A DNA stretch of 64,000 nt. Origin: Lingula anatina. Taxonomy: Eukaryota > Animalia > Brachiopoda. The notes under the pieces were generated by a model. It made no database searches and had not been told where the DNA came from. It saw nothing but the letters and a program-made list of their open reading frames with translations. Below are positions 38,731 to 51,681 of this stretch, piece after piece (within the stretch, counting starts at the first letter, position 1; each line of letters opens with the position of its first letter). The stretch spans positions 15,832,534 through 15,896,533 of the forward strand of contig CM120644.1 in NCBI GenBank assembly GCA_051362555.1, written 5' to 3'. A program made the position numbers and the translations under genes.

Positions 38731-40898
38731 TCCATTTTATGGTGTCTGGTCACACTTTAGAAGTGCGCCTACATCACGTTGTATAACCCTTTTCCCTAGC
38801 TTTTGAAGGATTGATTTTTCATTTTAAAAAACCTCCCGATTTGTGCAAATTATGCATCCTCACAGTCAAAAGGTTGACGAACATTTGTTTTAAGTCCTTT
38901 CATCTGGTTATTCTAATTAACATATGTTTTTCCTGTGTATGATTGAAATGTGTGCGTGCTCTTTGGGCCATCTTACGCCGTCGCTGTGGGTAAATTGAAT
39001 GTAGACCAGGTGAATTCTTCACGTTCGCTTTTCTTTAATTGAAACGATGAGTATTAGAACCCTAATTACGGAGTTTTTTTAAAGAAAGCAGGGGTTATTT
39101 TTCATACAAAGACCTTAAAGTTTTTATTCTTTTTTATGATGCTGACGCTGTTGATTATTTCTTTTCTAAGTACAATTAAAGCAGTCTCTGATATCGCATT
39201 ATATAAAAAAAAGAAAATTCAGAATGGTACCGAAAGCAATGCAAAAACAAAAAATTAATAGAATAAAATCATCAACATATCTGGAATCTTCATTATAAAG
39301 CAACGACTGATTATAATATTGAAATAGAAAAGGGTATTTTTATTAATTCAAAAAGATGAGATGGTTTAGCAAGAGCTAACGCGGTATAAAATTGGATAAC
39401 AGAGCGTGAAAGATAATTTTTGAAGTAATTTGCCAAAGCATTATCTCTCTGGACGGCAGTGAATTAAGGCAGTGAAAGGCAGAGCTTCACAATAGCTTAT
39501 CGTAGACAAATATCTTTATGGTCATTTTTGGTCTCAAAGGCTGCCATGACTGCCTGAAAGGGCTGCGTCTATAAAACATATTATTTTGCTACCCTTTGAT
39601 TTCAGGGGCCTCTTAAATAGTACACAAAATTAAAGTATAGGCGATACAATAACTTTGTAACACACTACAAGCAGGTCTGTGGTCAGAGAAAAATATTTCG
39701 CTTGTTTTTGGTTTACATTAAGACCATGGCAGCGATGCATTTGTCTGCAATTAAACTTCTGTGCTAAGTCCCTGCTGAAGCAAGGCATTCAACAGCACTG
39801 TACTTTCCATACATACATCTTAACAAGCAAAAATGAGGAATCTAATGATTAATTCAAAATATACAACTTGTCTGTTTTCTCTCTGAATAATAAAACGGGC
39901 TATCGAACGTAATATATCGCTGGGTTACGCGTCGTCAATAAAAGTTTTAATTTCACTCCAACACATGTCGAAAGCACACGAACACGCGAAAAGTGTGATG
40001 GAAATATCGTTCATCCACAGTCATGTACACATGCGACTATCTCAAGGAAATCGATTTTTGTTGTAATTTTAAGATCTCGAAATGGACCGCTCTTCAACCG
40101 TGTCTGTTCTTCGCACCGAAGACAATTGTCCCGAGAGATGATGTATTTGGCCATCAAACCTTTTTTTTTTACATTTTCTTCCTTTGATTTACCCCTAAAG
40201 AAATATTTGTAAGTCCCAAAATAGCACAAAATAGTTTATGCAAACTGTCAAGAAACTCATGCCTAGGGAACATTATCTGCCCATCCCTATTAACGTGGTA
40301 ATAATGTTGCTAAAAACCAAACACAGATTGCGAATACAATTTCACCGTTAGAGAGAAGAGTTTGATTTATTTAGACAGTTGCCATAAATAAAAATTTAAA
40401 AGACTAGTTTGGAAGTTAGATAAGTGGACGTCCCCTGTTCTAAATTTTGTTTTATATTTTAATTGCGTATATGTGTCCAGCCGCATAAAGAACAATATCT
40501 TAGCACAAATTTTATAAATATAAATACAAATAAAAAAATATGAACAGTACACGAAAAAAATAGTGAGGTATAAAAATGATAAGTAACACTCTCTGATATT
40601 CAATATTGCTCTTTTACATCTTTTACATTTTAATTAAAATCTTCAAGTAAGATTTTTTCACTGGTCATTTTAACCTGACCAATTTCTCATAACACAGTAA
40701 GACCTATAGTCTCAACAAATATTGCACATGCAACTGTTATACAGCAAGTTTGCTAATATTGTAGAATTCAAAATCCATCAGTTTTGTAATAGGTTATTAT
40801 TAAAATAATAGCTACTGCAGTTAATGGGAATTAAGATAGAAATGCTTGGAATGCCACAGTAAATGCCCGTATTTGATCAACATTTTAAGGTAACATCT

Positions 40899-40900
<2 letters not shown>

Positions 40901-40940
<40 letters not shown>
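40901..40940. repeat. (GA)n microsatellite
   Basis: Directly visible. Confidence 0.95.
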
Positions 40941-40942
<2 letters not shown>

Positions 40943-42420
40943 AACACGAAAATGAAAGACAGCAACGAGATTCAAATAATTCACCACATATCAAATAAAC
41001 GCGACAAGGCCAATGACTAGAAAAAAATGGGAGGGGCAAAAATCCAATTAAAACTCGTCGCACTTCAATTTAATTCACAAGGATGATCACTGGATGTATT
41101 CCTGATTCGAAATGACACTTAAATTATCGCTTAATGACTCCCTGACTTGTATTTACACTGAGGCCCTCAGTTCCGCCTGATGAACTGACGGCAGGACGCC
41201 TCTGACATTACACTATTAAAAACCGACCCCATGCCACTCTGCGTCTTATTAGCAACCAACTCATAACTCATTCGCATTGTTATCGCGCCCTAGAAGTATC
41301 ATCGTGACCCCGGTTGTATTCTTTTCGTTCCGCTCCTCCGGCGGCCATGCCGTGACATCGATAAAGCACACAAAGCATGTCCGGTTGAGTGAGGCAAATG
41401 AAGCCAAGCGATGCTATAATCTACTTCATTATAATTAGACCATCTTCTTCACTTGGAGGAGTCGATATTGATATTCTTGTTTTCTTCGAAGTGAAAGGGT
41501 TTCTCGCATTTCAGGGCGGGACGATTGACATCGAGTGGAAAGGATTTTTTATGATCAGACGACAGTGGTTGGGACCAGACGACAACCGACTCGACCAATC
41601 ACAGAGCACAGTCAGGTGGGTATGGAGTTATGGTCTGTGCATGGCGGGGCAAAGAGATTTCCATTTCGTTAGAAAGAGAAAAAACGGCATTTTTTTCATT
41701 TTCTGACAAAATGGTAATCACTTTGCCCCCCCCCCTCAATCACCGACCGGTTATGCACAGATAGTTTGTTTTATAATCGCTTTTTTTTTTTTTTTTTGGG
41801 GGGGGGGAGGGGGATGTAGGCCTTACCGCGACTTTGTGTGAACAAGTGATCTATGGTGAAATTATCTTTCTTTTTTAAATTTTATATAAAGTAGACTCAT
41901 AACTGACAGCTTGAGTGAAATATTTGTTCGTGCTGGTAGAACTTGCTAAGGTGCCAGCTTTTTATCCTATTAGTAAGGGGCCTAAAACACTGTACATAAA
42001 CGAGAGGCTTAATTGAGAAGCATTGCATACTTTGTGGTCAAGGCCGTACTAATTTACATCAGATATTAGATTTGATATAAATAATATCAAGGAGGTTTTT
42101 CTGATTTTGATGATGCAAGGAAGAATTCATGAATGTTGGAATAAATGAATGAATGAACGAACGAACGAACGAATGAGCGAATGAATGGATGAATTAAACA
42201 ACAAATACGGTGTAATATTTCACAATAAATTATTTGAACCACAGACAAAAATAATAAATATCAGCAGTTACATTCAGATCTACGTCTTGAAATAAACCAA
42301 TATCGAGGGTAGGGGTGAGCAGAACGATCCTTGTTGTAAATATTTTGCGTCAAAACCTCCATTTGCACCTGCCTAATATTCCTAAAAAGCTGCCTAGACA
42401 TAAACTTTCCCAAATAAATC

Positions 42421-42701
42421 CTAACTCTCGGGATCTGAATCCGGTTCCGGATGATCCGTAACAGAATCCGTATCCGGCTCTCCGGTATTATTTGAATGTT
42501 CCTCCTCGTCAGATAAGGGTTCGAGGATAAGTTCACCATTTATATTTCGAGTACGTGGGTCCTCCGGCATCCAGATTTTGGCAGTCATGGTCCTTTTGGG
42601 GCCCTGTTGGGTGACACACGGGGCCTTTTTATCGTCGCACCAAGAAAGGGAGTGACCCGCCAGAGGAGGGAGCCCGTTCTGTTCACATTCGTCTTGGAAG
42701 G
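42421..42701 (-). CDS. Ptf1a: Pancreas transcription factor 1a (Ptf1a/Fer1) exon 2 (this frame is absent from the ORF track)
   Basis: Minus-strand acceptor ttctttcttgcag|, phase 1. Encodes (A)[25 protein letters not shown]...[13 protein letters not shown]...DPES* containing the diagnostic PTF1A motifs [12 protein letters not shown] and AKxWxPEDPR. Confidence 0.96.
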
Positions 42702-43507
42702 CTGCAAGAAAGAATATAGCTATTTAATTATTATTATTATTTTTTTTTTTTATTATTATTATAAGAAAAAACATGTATTATTATTATTAGTAGTAGTAGT
42801 ATTAGTAGTAGTAGTAGTAGTAGTTGTCTCCAAAACCGACACGTGGAATGCATTTTATTTGTTGACACATGCTGATGATAGGCCTATTGATATTTCATTT
42901 GTTTTCATTAAAAGTTTTATTTTATGTATCTATTTTTTTTTTTTTTTTTTGCGTTCTACCATATTGATAAAAGAAAGTCGTCAGCCTGATGTGATTTCCC
43001 TTTTTCTGACCTCTGATTGTATGCGAGACAAAAATTCTTGCAACACACACACACACACACATACACACACACACACACATGCACACGTGCACACACACAA
43101 AAACAACAAAAAGCACAATACCCCATTTCAAATGAATACCAGTATCACTGCCTAAGCGTGTTTGTTTGCATCGCTTCACGGCGTATTGGTTACATATCCA
43201 TCCGACAGCTATATTCATACGCCTCTTCTTTAATGTTTCAGACCCTAGTTAATCAATGCTTAACGTCATAATTAATAATGAGAACGCTGTCGTATTATAT
43301 TTAATTGTGTCTAAATGAAGGGTCCCTATTAAATATACCGGTGTAATCAATGGCTTTCACCTGTACTCTTTACATTGACTTTTTTTTCGTTTACCAGCGG
43401 CAATTAATTTCAGAGGAAATTTCAGCGTAGTTGGTGAAAAGGGGTGCGTGCTTTCCCAGAGATATTCTGGACCATAATTCAACAATGAAGAAGATATACA
43501 TAAGAAA

Positions 43508-43566
<59 letters not shown>

Positions 43567-43677
43567 TATATACGACGTCTGTTTGTCCTTTTATGATAAA
43601 ACCTCATGAAGAATGGGACATGCTTTTTACTAATTATTTCGACTGGTTATGTTTTGTTTTGTTTTGTTTTGTGCGTT

Positions 43678-43708
<31 letters not shown>

Positions 43709-46700
43709 TTCTAAATCTCTTTACACACACAAACAGCCTTAGGTCAACCACAACATGTTTCATCTGTAAGGCTAAATTCGTGACAGACAGGCAATACGAT
43801 AATGCATGGAGTCACATGAACTTGATTAGAAGGAGCAGTTGTTTGGAAGATTTAGGGCGATGGAGAAAAGTTGAACTAAATTGGTAGTTGGGACGTTTGA
43901 ACAGGTGATATTTTTAATTAAGATATTCCGTGGCGCTATCTAGTCAGCGAATTTGGACACTGATACCCTTTCTTCGGCTGAATGTTGACATGTCCGATAA
44001 TTGGTTAAAGAAAGAAATCTGTTTACAATTTAAGCGTTTTTTTTTTTTCAGATGTTACTCAAGACAAAGTATAATTTTTAAAATTATCAAAATTCACTCA
44101 CTCAAAAAGTGAACTGAAAATGACACGATCTTCTCTAGTATTTTGAATACTCTCTGTGTATTAGAGAGCATGGTTCATTTATTTCGTCATTGAAATAAAT
44201 AACAAAAAAGAAAAAATTGAATCTTTTCTTTTCTTTGAAAAATAATAATAGTTTTTGTAGTTTTCATTTTTGACGAAATAAGCTCACATTGCCTCCACTC
44301 GCACGGGCCAAGTACATATGAAGTAGATTTAAAACTATAAAATAAAGTTATAATTAAAACAAATGTTGAGTTACGTATAGTTACCTGTAGCAATGAAAGG
44401 CCGACACAATCATTCGCTTTGTATATGTTATATTTAAGGTCATAATCCAAAACGCAGATTTTTTTTTTTTTATAAGAGCGCTGAAAGTCACACAAAAGAG
44501 AATAGTGAAACATTCCACATCATTATAACGAAAACTATAAAATACTTATCTCTCAAGAGAGTACGATAGTACATGTAGCTCTACACTTTAAGGTGCTTAG
44601 ATGTATCTTGAAGCGCTTCATGAAGGGCTCAAGGATGTAGGTAGAAATGCCACGTGCACGCGCGTGTATTTTGCGATCCTAAAACTGAACGTCACCACGG
44701 CTACGTGTTAATAATTCTTACTGTACAAAATACCTTTTATCCTACAAACAACAATTGCCCGCTTTGGCCTGCACTTCTTCTCATATTACCCAAAACAGAT
44801 AAAGGATTTGTAAACAAAGCGTTGCAGTTAATAGTAGCATTTGGAACTTACCGGGTCATTTAACGCGACAATATTCTTTATGGTCATTCATCAATTTGCT
44901 GTCCTTTTTAACGGTCAAATGTCCAGGCGATAGCGTTCAGTTACGGCACATTCATCCCCGCCGCGTTATAATGAGACTTAACGAGTGTCAATTTTTTTAA
45001 GCACTTATAGAATAAATGCTTAAAACCCCGATGTGTCACGGGTCTATAATTGACGTTTCTGTCCAAAACGTAAATTCTGATAATCGGTTGTTATCATCAC
45101 GACCAGCGAAAAGTGCCGCGATAAATATTCTAAATTACTGACCAAACCAAGAAGAAGATAAGCCATAATAATAGTAATAATAACATTTGACCAGCATGAT
45201 TATAACGACCATCAATCAGAAGTTTTAATATAATTGCCCAAGACGAAAAGTCAAGAAGTAAAAATGATTTTTTTTTCTTTTTTTTGTAAACGAGAAGACT
45301 TTTAAGTTAAAATTTAGATTTGAAAATATCGCTGTCCCAAAGTTCAACGGAGACCATGGGAAGTAATTCTATCACCCCATTGTACCACATTGTATCACCC
45401 CATTTTTAATATTTTAACAACTGCCTTTAAGTTCATAAAACTCCAGCCGTTCATGAACACTGCAATGCGCTGAAATAAGTACTTTAACTGAACAATTTGG
45501 ATCTATTATAAGCAATTAAAAAATCAGCAGATGAAAACACGACCGCTAGCTTGTTTGGTCATCGTTTTTTCGTTTTGTGCTAGGGGTAATTTTCATATTA
45601 AACTAGTGCTGGCGTTAAGTGGATTTGTTCGTTCAAATCTGGACTTTAAAAAGGGGTCCAAGTACAGGGCACCTCCCAGACTCGTGCAGGACAGGAGTAC
45701 GGTAATAAGGCTATCTTATCAATGGGGGAAATTGTGGATTTTATAGTTACTGTATTTTAAGTCATAATTTCTTAAAATTAGAACATTCCTGGTAGCAACA
45801 GAATTTTAATAAAGCAGGTTTTCTATGATTCTATTATGTGCAGTAAAAGAAACACATATGCTATATAGAACTATGATTTTTATGGTTATAAAATTAACCA
45901 TTGGTTATTAAATTTGACCATTAAAAAGATTGAGTAATCACCGACAGAGAATGAACTAGACTGGACAGTGGACGTGGGTTTCTGCCATTAAGCATGCTTT
46001 AATAGTCGCAGAAACCAGATAATAGTGAAACCTACCACCATAAGATATACGTTAAACCCTGCTCATTCACGCCAAAAGATTAAGCCAAAAGAAGAAAATG
46101 ATTGCACTTATAGTCTTCTAGATATTTGTCCTACTTGTAACCGTATGTCTTTATCTATTTGTTAAACTAAATATCTATTACCTCTCGATAGTAATACGTA
46201 TGTTAGTTGCATTAAGTGTACTAATATTCATTGCTAACAGGTGTTTCTTTCAGCTAACCGCTATTGCAAATAGCCGGGCATTTTTACAGAGATATGTTTT
46301 AGAAATTAGAACATTAATATAATAAAAATTGAATTAATGAAAGAAGATAGAGGTACGTCACTAAGTAGATATTCGCCCAATCAAATCTCGATTTTTAAAC
46401 AATTTGTCAATAGCACCCATCGCTTGAACTTTGCTAAATGTATAACGTGTGTAACTGAACAACATATTTTTGTTTATTCTTCGCATATTTAATTCATTTA
46501 AAGATTGGTATAAGGACCTCTGTAGAGAATTCTATGGTGTAGGTCGTAATATTAAACGCACGCTGGGGTGAAAGTACCGACCTTCAAATTGTCACTGAAA
46601 TAAACGTGTTCGGGTTTATATAACTGAGAGAAAAGCAAATAGCATTGCAATGGTTAGTGTGTAACTATAGTCAAAAAGGAACAAAAATGGCAACTTATTA

Positions 46701-48206
46701 ACCACTACGTTTTATCTATTTTCAGAAATTCTTTTGTGAAATAGTCATATATTCAGATATACATATTGATGTATTAAATAGAAGACAATTATTATTTAAT
46801 TAGATTCATATGTAAAAAATATTTACATGTTATAGGCAGTAAAACGCTTTAAACACTCTAAGAAATAAGCAGCACATTTGACATTGTACTCTAACGTGTT
46901 ATAAAAAAACATCACACTCAAAGTAAATCTTTTCAAAAAATCAAATTAATGAATTAACCAAAAGATCACGCAAAGAATGATCATACAAACGATTCCATTA
47001 AATGACGAGACACTGCCAGGAACTTTGAACACACGCAATTTACAGATTTCGGCAATTATGATATCTGTTTTCCTCACCTATCTGGTCGTAATTGTTCTGT
47101 GAGTCACAATACGTGCACTACCGCACTGGCGGGTGCACAATTGTACACAGAGTGGTGGTATTGCAAGGATAAAAAAATCATATTACAAAGTAGACAAGGA
47201 TAATTTTACTGTAATATGTAAGTCTTTACTGCAATAAGCCTATGTAAGTCATAGTGATAGAGGCTTTGTAGGTTTGTTTCGTTGTTACGTTTTTTTATTA
47301 ATTATTTATTTATTTGCTTTTATTAATTTTTTTGGGGAAGGGGGAGCGTTCTTACAAATAATAAATGTGTGTGCTAGGGAGGGAGCACTCCTGTTCTCTC
47401 CACCGATCCACCATTGGCATGAGTATATCAGTCTTAAGCTGTCCTAGTCGATGGCAATTTCTAGGATATTGAACGACGAGAATTTTTGTATTGATTGACA
47501 TTATAAAACACTGTTAACATGTTGACAAATTTTAATACAGTTGTACGGAGACCACAAGGAGTTTGCAATCAACTAAATCCGCTTGTTAAAATATTCAGAT
47601 AGGATCCTGCACTAGTCTCTTTTACAATTATTTGTAATCCCTTTACATTTTTATGGTCTAAGAAATCTAAGTTAGTTGTGGTCAATAATGCGAGGAATTT
47701 TTCTCGATTTGCGAAAAAATGTAGTATTGTTATGAACGCATGATGCAAAAATTGTAATGCAGATTGTCCAGTTATTTTCTCGATTACGAAGTAGTTGTTT
47801 TTATAAGATATATAGTTATGTGCTTTTAGATTATTTAGTATAATGTAATTTACTTATAGAGAATCGAGTCGTCACACAGGAAGAGAGAAAAACACCCACA
47901 CACATAAAAAAGGCATGGAGCGAATCCATTTCTGGTGTGATATTTAGGTTGTTAATTGATCAATATATAGTTTGGAATCTAAAAAAGAAAAATATCGATA
48001 AACGGTGTGCTTTCATTTCTTTTGATTTTTGTTTATTAATTTTGAGTCTTTTTAACGAGGCAAATTAAGTCCATAGGAGAGATATTGAAGGAAAAATGTA
48101 CCCCTCTCTCTCTCTCTTTCTCTCTTTCTCTCTCTCTCTCTCTCTTCGGGTTCGAGGAATTTTTAAAACAAGCCAACAAGCAGAGAAAAAAACCTATGCA
48201 ACTCAC
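42702..48206 (-). other. Ptf1a: Ptf1a intron (5505 bp, GT-AG, phase 1)
   Basis: gtgagt donor at 48206 and cag acceptor ending at 42702. Splicing keeps the frame. Confidence 0.93.
43513..43563. repeat. (AT)n microsatellite
   Basis: Directly visible. Confidence 0.95.
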
Positions 48207-48705
48207 CTCTGTGGCAATGTATTATGATTTTCCTCGGCTGGTCGTTATTCTGCGTGTTAATATTTTCCTTAGATTGAAGGTCCGACTGAACAATCTCTGT
48301 CAGAAAACTAATATATCCAATAGCCAGTTTCAAAGTGTCAACCTTCGACAGCCTCTTCTCGTACGGAAGAGTCGGAATGTGTGCCCTTAATCCTTCAAAC
48401 GCTTCGTTAATGCTCTGCATTCGCTTTCGCTCGCGCAAGTTCGCCGCCTGTCTCTGAAATACTTGTTGACCGGCCCCCTTTTTCCTCCGTCGTCGGACCT
48501 TTCCAATGCTGCTGCTACTGTCATTGTTATTGTTACTGCTGTTGTTATTCTCCTGGTCCGAACTGCTCAAATAATCGACAGGGGAATCGCCCTGGGAGTA
48601 TCCATCATACGAATGAGAGGAATAACCGGAATAAGCTTCACTGTCAAACCCATTAATGCTTGGGTAGAAATGTCGAGCAAAGGGGTCGCATCCATAAGCC
48701 TGCAT
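48207..48705 (-). CDS. Ptf1a: Pancreas transcription factor 1a (Ptf1a/Fer1) exon 1, bHLH domain
   Basis: First in-frame ATG at 48705 (MQAYGCDPF...). The b[55 protein letters not shown] is near-identical to the PTF1A family. Ends KIIIHCHR-G|gtgagt. Full protein 259 aa. Confidence 0.97.
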
Positions 48706-48799
48706 ACTTTCACTAATCGTTCTCCGCCTATCAGCAAATGGCGAATTCAATAACAGAACAAAAGGATCAAAGTTGCTCTTCCGTCCGGCTATGAAGTGG

Positions 48800-49150
48800 G
48801 ATTCAATACTAAGCGTGCGCCTGCCACGCGCCTCATATCTTATCGTGAAAAACTTGTCAATATCACCCACGTGGCCGAGAGAGATTTTAACCAATCGGTG
48901 GCCTTTGTAAATTTCAGGCACGCGCCGTAGATTGTCAGCGTAATACGAGTACGTTTTAACGTCATTATATTGTCATGGATGGTTAAGAGTTTGTTTTTGT
49001 TTAAATTTCTTCACAAGTGGATCATTAAGGCATTTTCCCTTCGTTAGCATTAAACACTAAATATACAGGGAAATCCAAGTAGATTTCAAAACAAAAGAGT
49101 TGTTAGAGAAACGCATGTAGAGTAATTGGATTAGCACTGCTTATCTAATC
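48800..49150 (-). promoter_or_regulatory. Ptf1a proximal promoter region
   Basis: CpG-rich segment upstream of the ATG, with an Inr-like TTAGT (minus, about 48808-48812), CACGTG 48868-48873, CCAAT 48891-48895 and paired-class homeodomain palindrome TAATTGGATTA 49123-49133. Confidence 0.55.
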
Positions 49151-49291
49151 ACAAACCTGGCCGTTATGTTAGCAACAAAATAATTAAAGATATTTTCAGG
49201 GCAGAACGGAAGCAAACTAGACGTCAAACGTGATATTGTCAATAAGAAAAAAAATAGTTAACGGACAACAGTGTTAGCCACATACATTGTG

Positions 49292-49293
<2 letters not shown>

Positions 49294-49346
<53 letters not shown>
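49294..49346. repeat. (ATT)n microsatellite
   Basis: Directly visible. Confidence 0.95.
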
Positions 49347-49347
<1 letters not shown>

Positions 49348-51610
49348 ACACTTCCCTACTAATGATAACTCGCCTTTCTCATCCTTAGAATAAAAAGTAA
49401 GCTTGAACCATTCACTACACAGAGAATTCATTAAGGTATCTTCGTTAAAATTAATTATCGATAATTAGTATCATCTTTTATCATATTTCTATGGCAAAGT
49501 AACTACAATGGGTACTTAAGAAAAATGGCTTACATGTTAGCGGTTGGAATAGCTATAAAAATATTGATTTTCAAGCTCGAATAATTAAGAAGTTACAGTG
49601 AAACTGCGGAGAGGTGAGTGAAAGATTTTGAGAGTTTGACGGTTAAAATGAATCTCCAGTTCTATCACCTCGAAATTTAAAAACCCAAAACGCAGTGAGG
49701 TTTCGTTGTCAAGAGGGTGGATTATGAAAGTCACCGGTTAACATTAAATGTTAAGTAAAAACGTTTTCAAATGAACATGCAACAAAAATGCATATGTCAG
49801 ATAATCGGAAATTGATAGTGTTGAGCAGAGGCGTCCCTTTGATGGTCGTATACGATGCACTTGACAGTGACACAAGTTGTCACGCCAGAGCTTGCTGGAG
49901 TGCTTTCCAATTATTCCTTCATAAAATTACCCTAAGATGGACATATCATTTAATTAGAATGTCACGTATTGTGTGCCCTGCTACGGTAAAACCATCGCTC
50001 TGGTAGAAACGCGTGTTAAAATCGACCTCGTTATTATCTCTTTACCTCTAAATATAGTGCTTTCCAATCATTATTGCATAAAATTATACCTGTCTGTAAA
50101 TATCCTTTTTTGTTTGAGTATCAAATACTGTTCTTAAATGCCAATAAACCGTGGCGAGACAGGGAAACAAACGCGGGTAAAGACTATATTTCATTTACTG
50201 CTCATTTTCATGAAAATATTGTTTGTCATTTTACCGTTGATTTCAAGTACAAAAGCATCTGCATCGATGAGCGTAAGGAAAAATCCATTTTAACAAAGCG
50301 CGTTTTTAGACATTGTGCAAATTAACTCAGCAATAAGCCCCTTCAAATCGATTCGCATCTGCAAACGGCTCATCTTGAAAAGGAAGAGTGTGCTTTTCAA
50401 GGGCCCTTGTAGATTTCTTGTACATTTCGATCCGTCTTCCTTTATTGCGGCTTTTTATTATGCCTCGCGTGTAAAAGCCCACTAAATCAGCACACGCGGC
50501 TGTGAAGTGCCAGCTCAAGTGACCAAGAATATCGTTTTTCAACGCGAGTTTTAATAAAGCCTCGCGAGGCGAGGGACGAGAGTGTTTAACTGGCTGAGTG
50601 GCTTAACCCCCGGGGCTGCTTCACAAAAGTTTCGTGTCGAAATTTGGTCTGAATTTTTAGATTAAAACTGTGCCGTATCTCATACCTGATGAGCCCTTAG
50701 TAGTCCAGCTCAATAAAGCATTGGTCTAAAGTAATGGTCATTATTTTCTTGCTATAGAACAGGGTGTAGCATTTTATTGGACTACGACTACTACTAGCTT
50801 GTGCCTAAGTGGACTCACATTTCGGTGTAAATGTTTGGACTGACTTTTGGACTATATTAATATAGCCTGTTTTGTGAAACAGGCTGCAAGTATATTCCAA
50901 AGCCAGTGCACCCTTGCCCCCCCCCTCTTTTTTTATTTTTATTATTATTATTTTTTTTTTTGTCGTTGTTGTTACACAAGCGACGGTCAATAATAGCACA
51001 CGAGCGCTTAACACTACATTTTGTGTCAAGGATCCAGATTGTTATTTGACAGCGATTTAAATAACACCCCATGTTTAGAGTTGGCGTAATCAGATAGAAT
51101 TACTACGATTGTAAAATAGTTAATGCACCTTTAGCGAGAGAAAACACACGGAGAGTGGCACTTAAACACGTGCGGCTCTCGCGACGGACGATAACATTAC
51201 TAAATCAACAACCCTGACCGATATGCCAGCGAGTTAGGCAAGCACTTGACCGATCATTTTGAAATCGGATCATTAACAGACAGGTGAAAATATTATATTT
51301 CATAACTGGCATGGGTTTAAAACACACCGGGGCGATGCTATTGTTGTTCTTTTTGGGGTATGAAATTACATGCCCGGCGCACATGTACAAATACGTGTAT
51401 GATATTACTGCAGGAGTGGGTGTTACGTCAACGATTTAAACGAACAGGCTTACCAAAAGTAATAATCCTGCTAAGAAGATAATCTATAATTGCGATAGTT
51501 AGAGAAAAAACAAACAAACAAACCCGGCGTTTGAGAAAAAAATGTGCAGTAATTGACTTTATTATGATGGATGGTCAATCATGCATTTATAAATCGTGTT
51601 GTTTTAGTTT

Positions 51611-51614
<4 letters not shown>

Positions 51615-51659
<45 letters not shown>

Positions 51660-51681
51660 GAGAGAGAGAGAGAGAGAGAGA
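51615..51681. repeat. (TG)n(AG)n compound microsatellite
   Basis: Directly visible. Confidence 0.95.

Noticed and set aside
42261-42539. 92-aa minus-strand ORF overlapping the Ptf1a 3' end
   Set aside because: Alternative-frame shadow of exon 2 (RIRI repeats mirror the EPDxD codons). The true frame carries the conserved motifs.
45621-45642. tttgttcgttc resembling the 5' part of miR-375
   Set aside because: The match stops after 11 nt and sits in a tiny hairpin loop, not a pre-miRNA arm. No known conserved miRNA was recognised elsewhere by eye.
48463-48753. 96-aa plus-strand ORF with a hydrophobic stretch
   Set aside because: Antisense shadow of the Ptf1a poly-Asn/Ser trinucleotide region.
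48706-48921. 72-codon in-frame N-terminal extension of Ptf1a given by the ORF track
   Set aside because: Starts at GTG, contains no ATG, and runs through CCAAT/E-box/Inr-like promoter elements. The ATG at 48705 is the plausible start.
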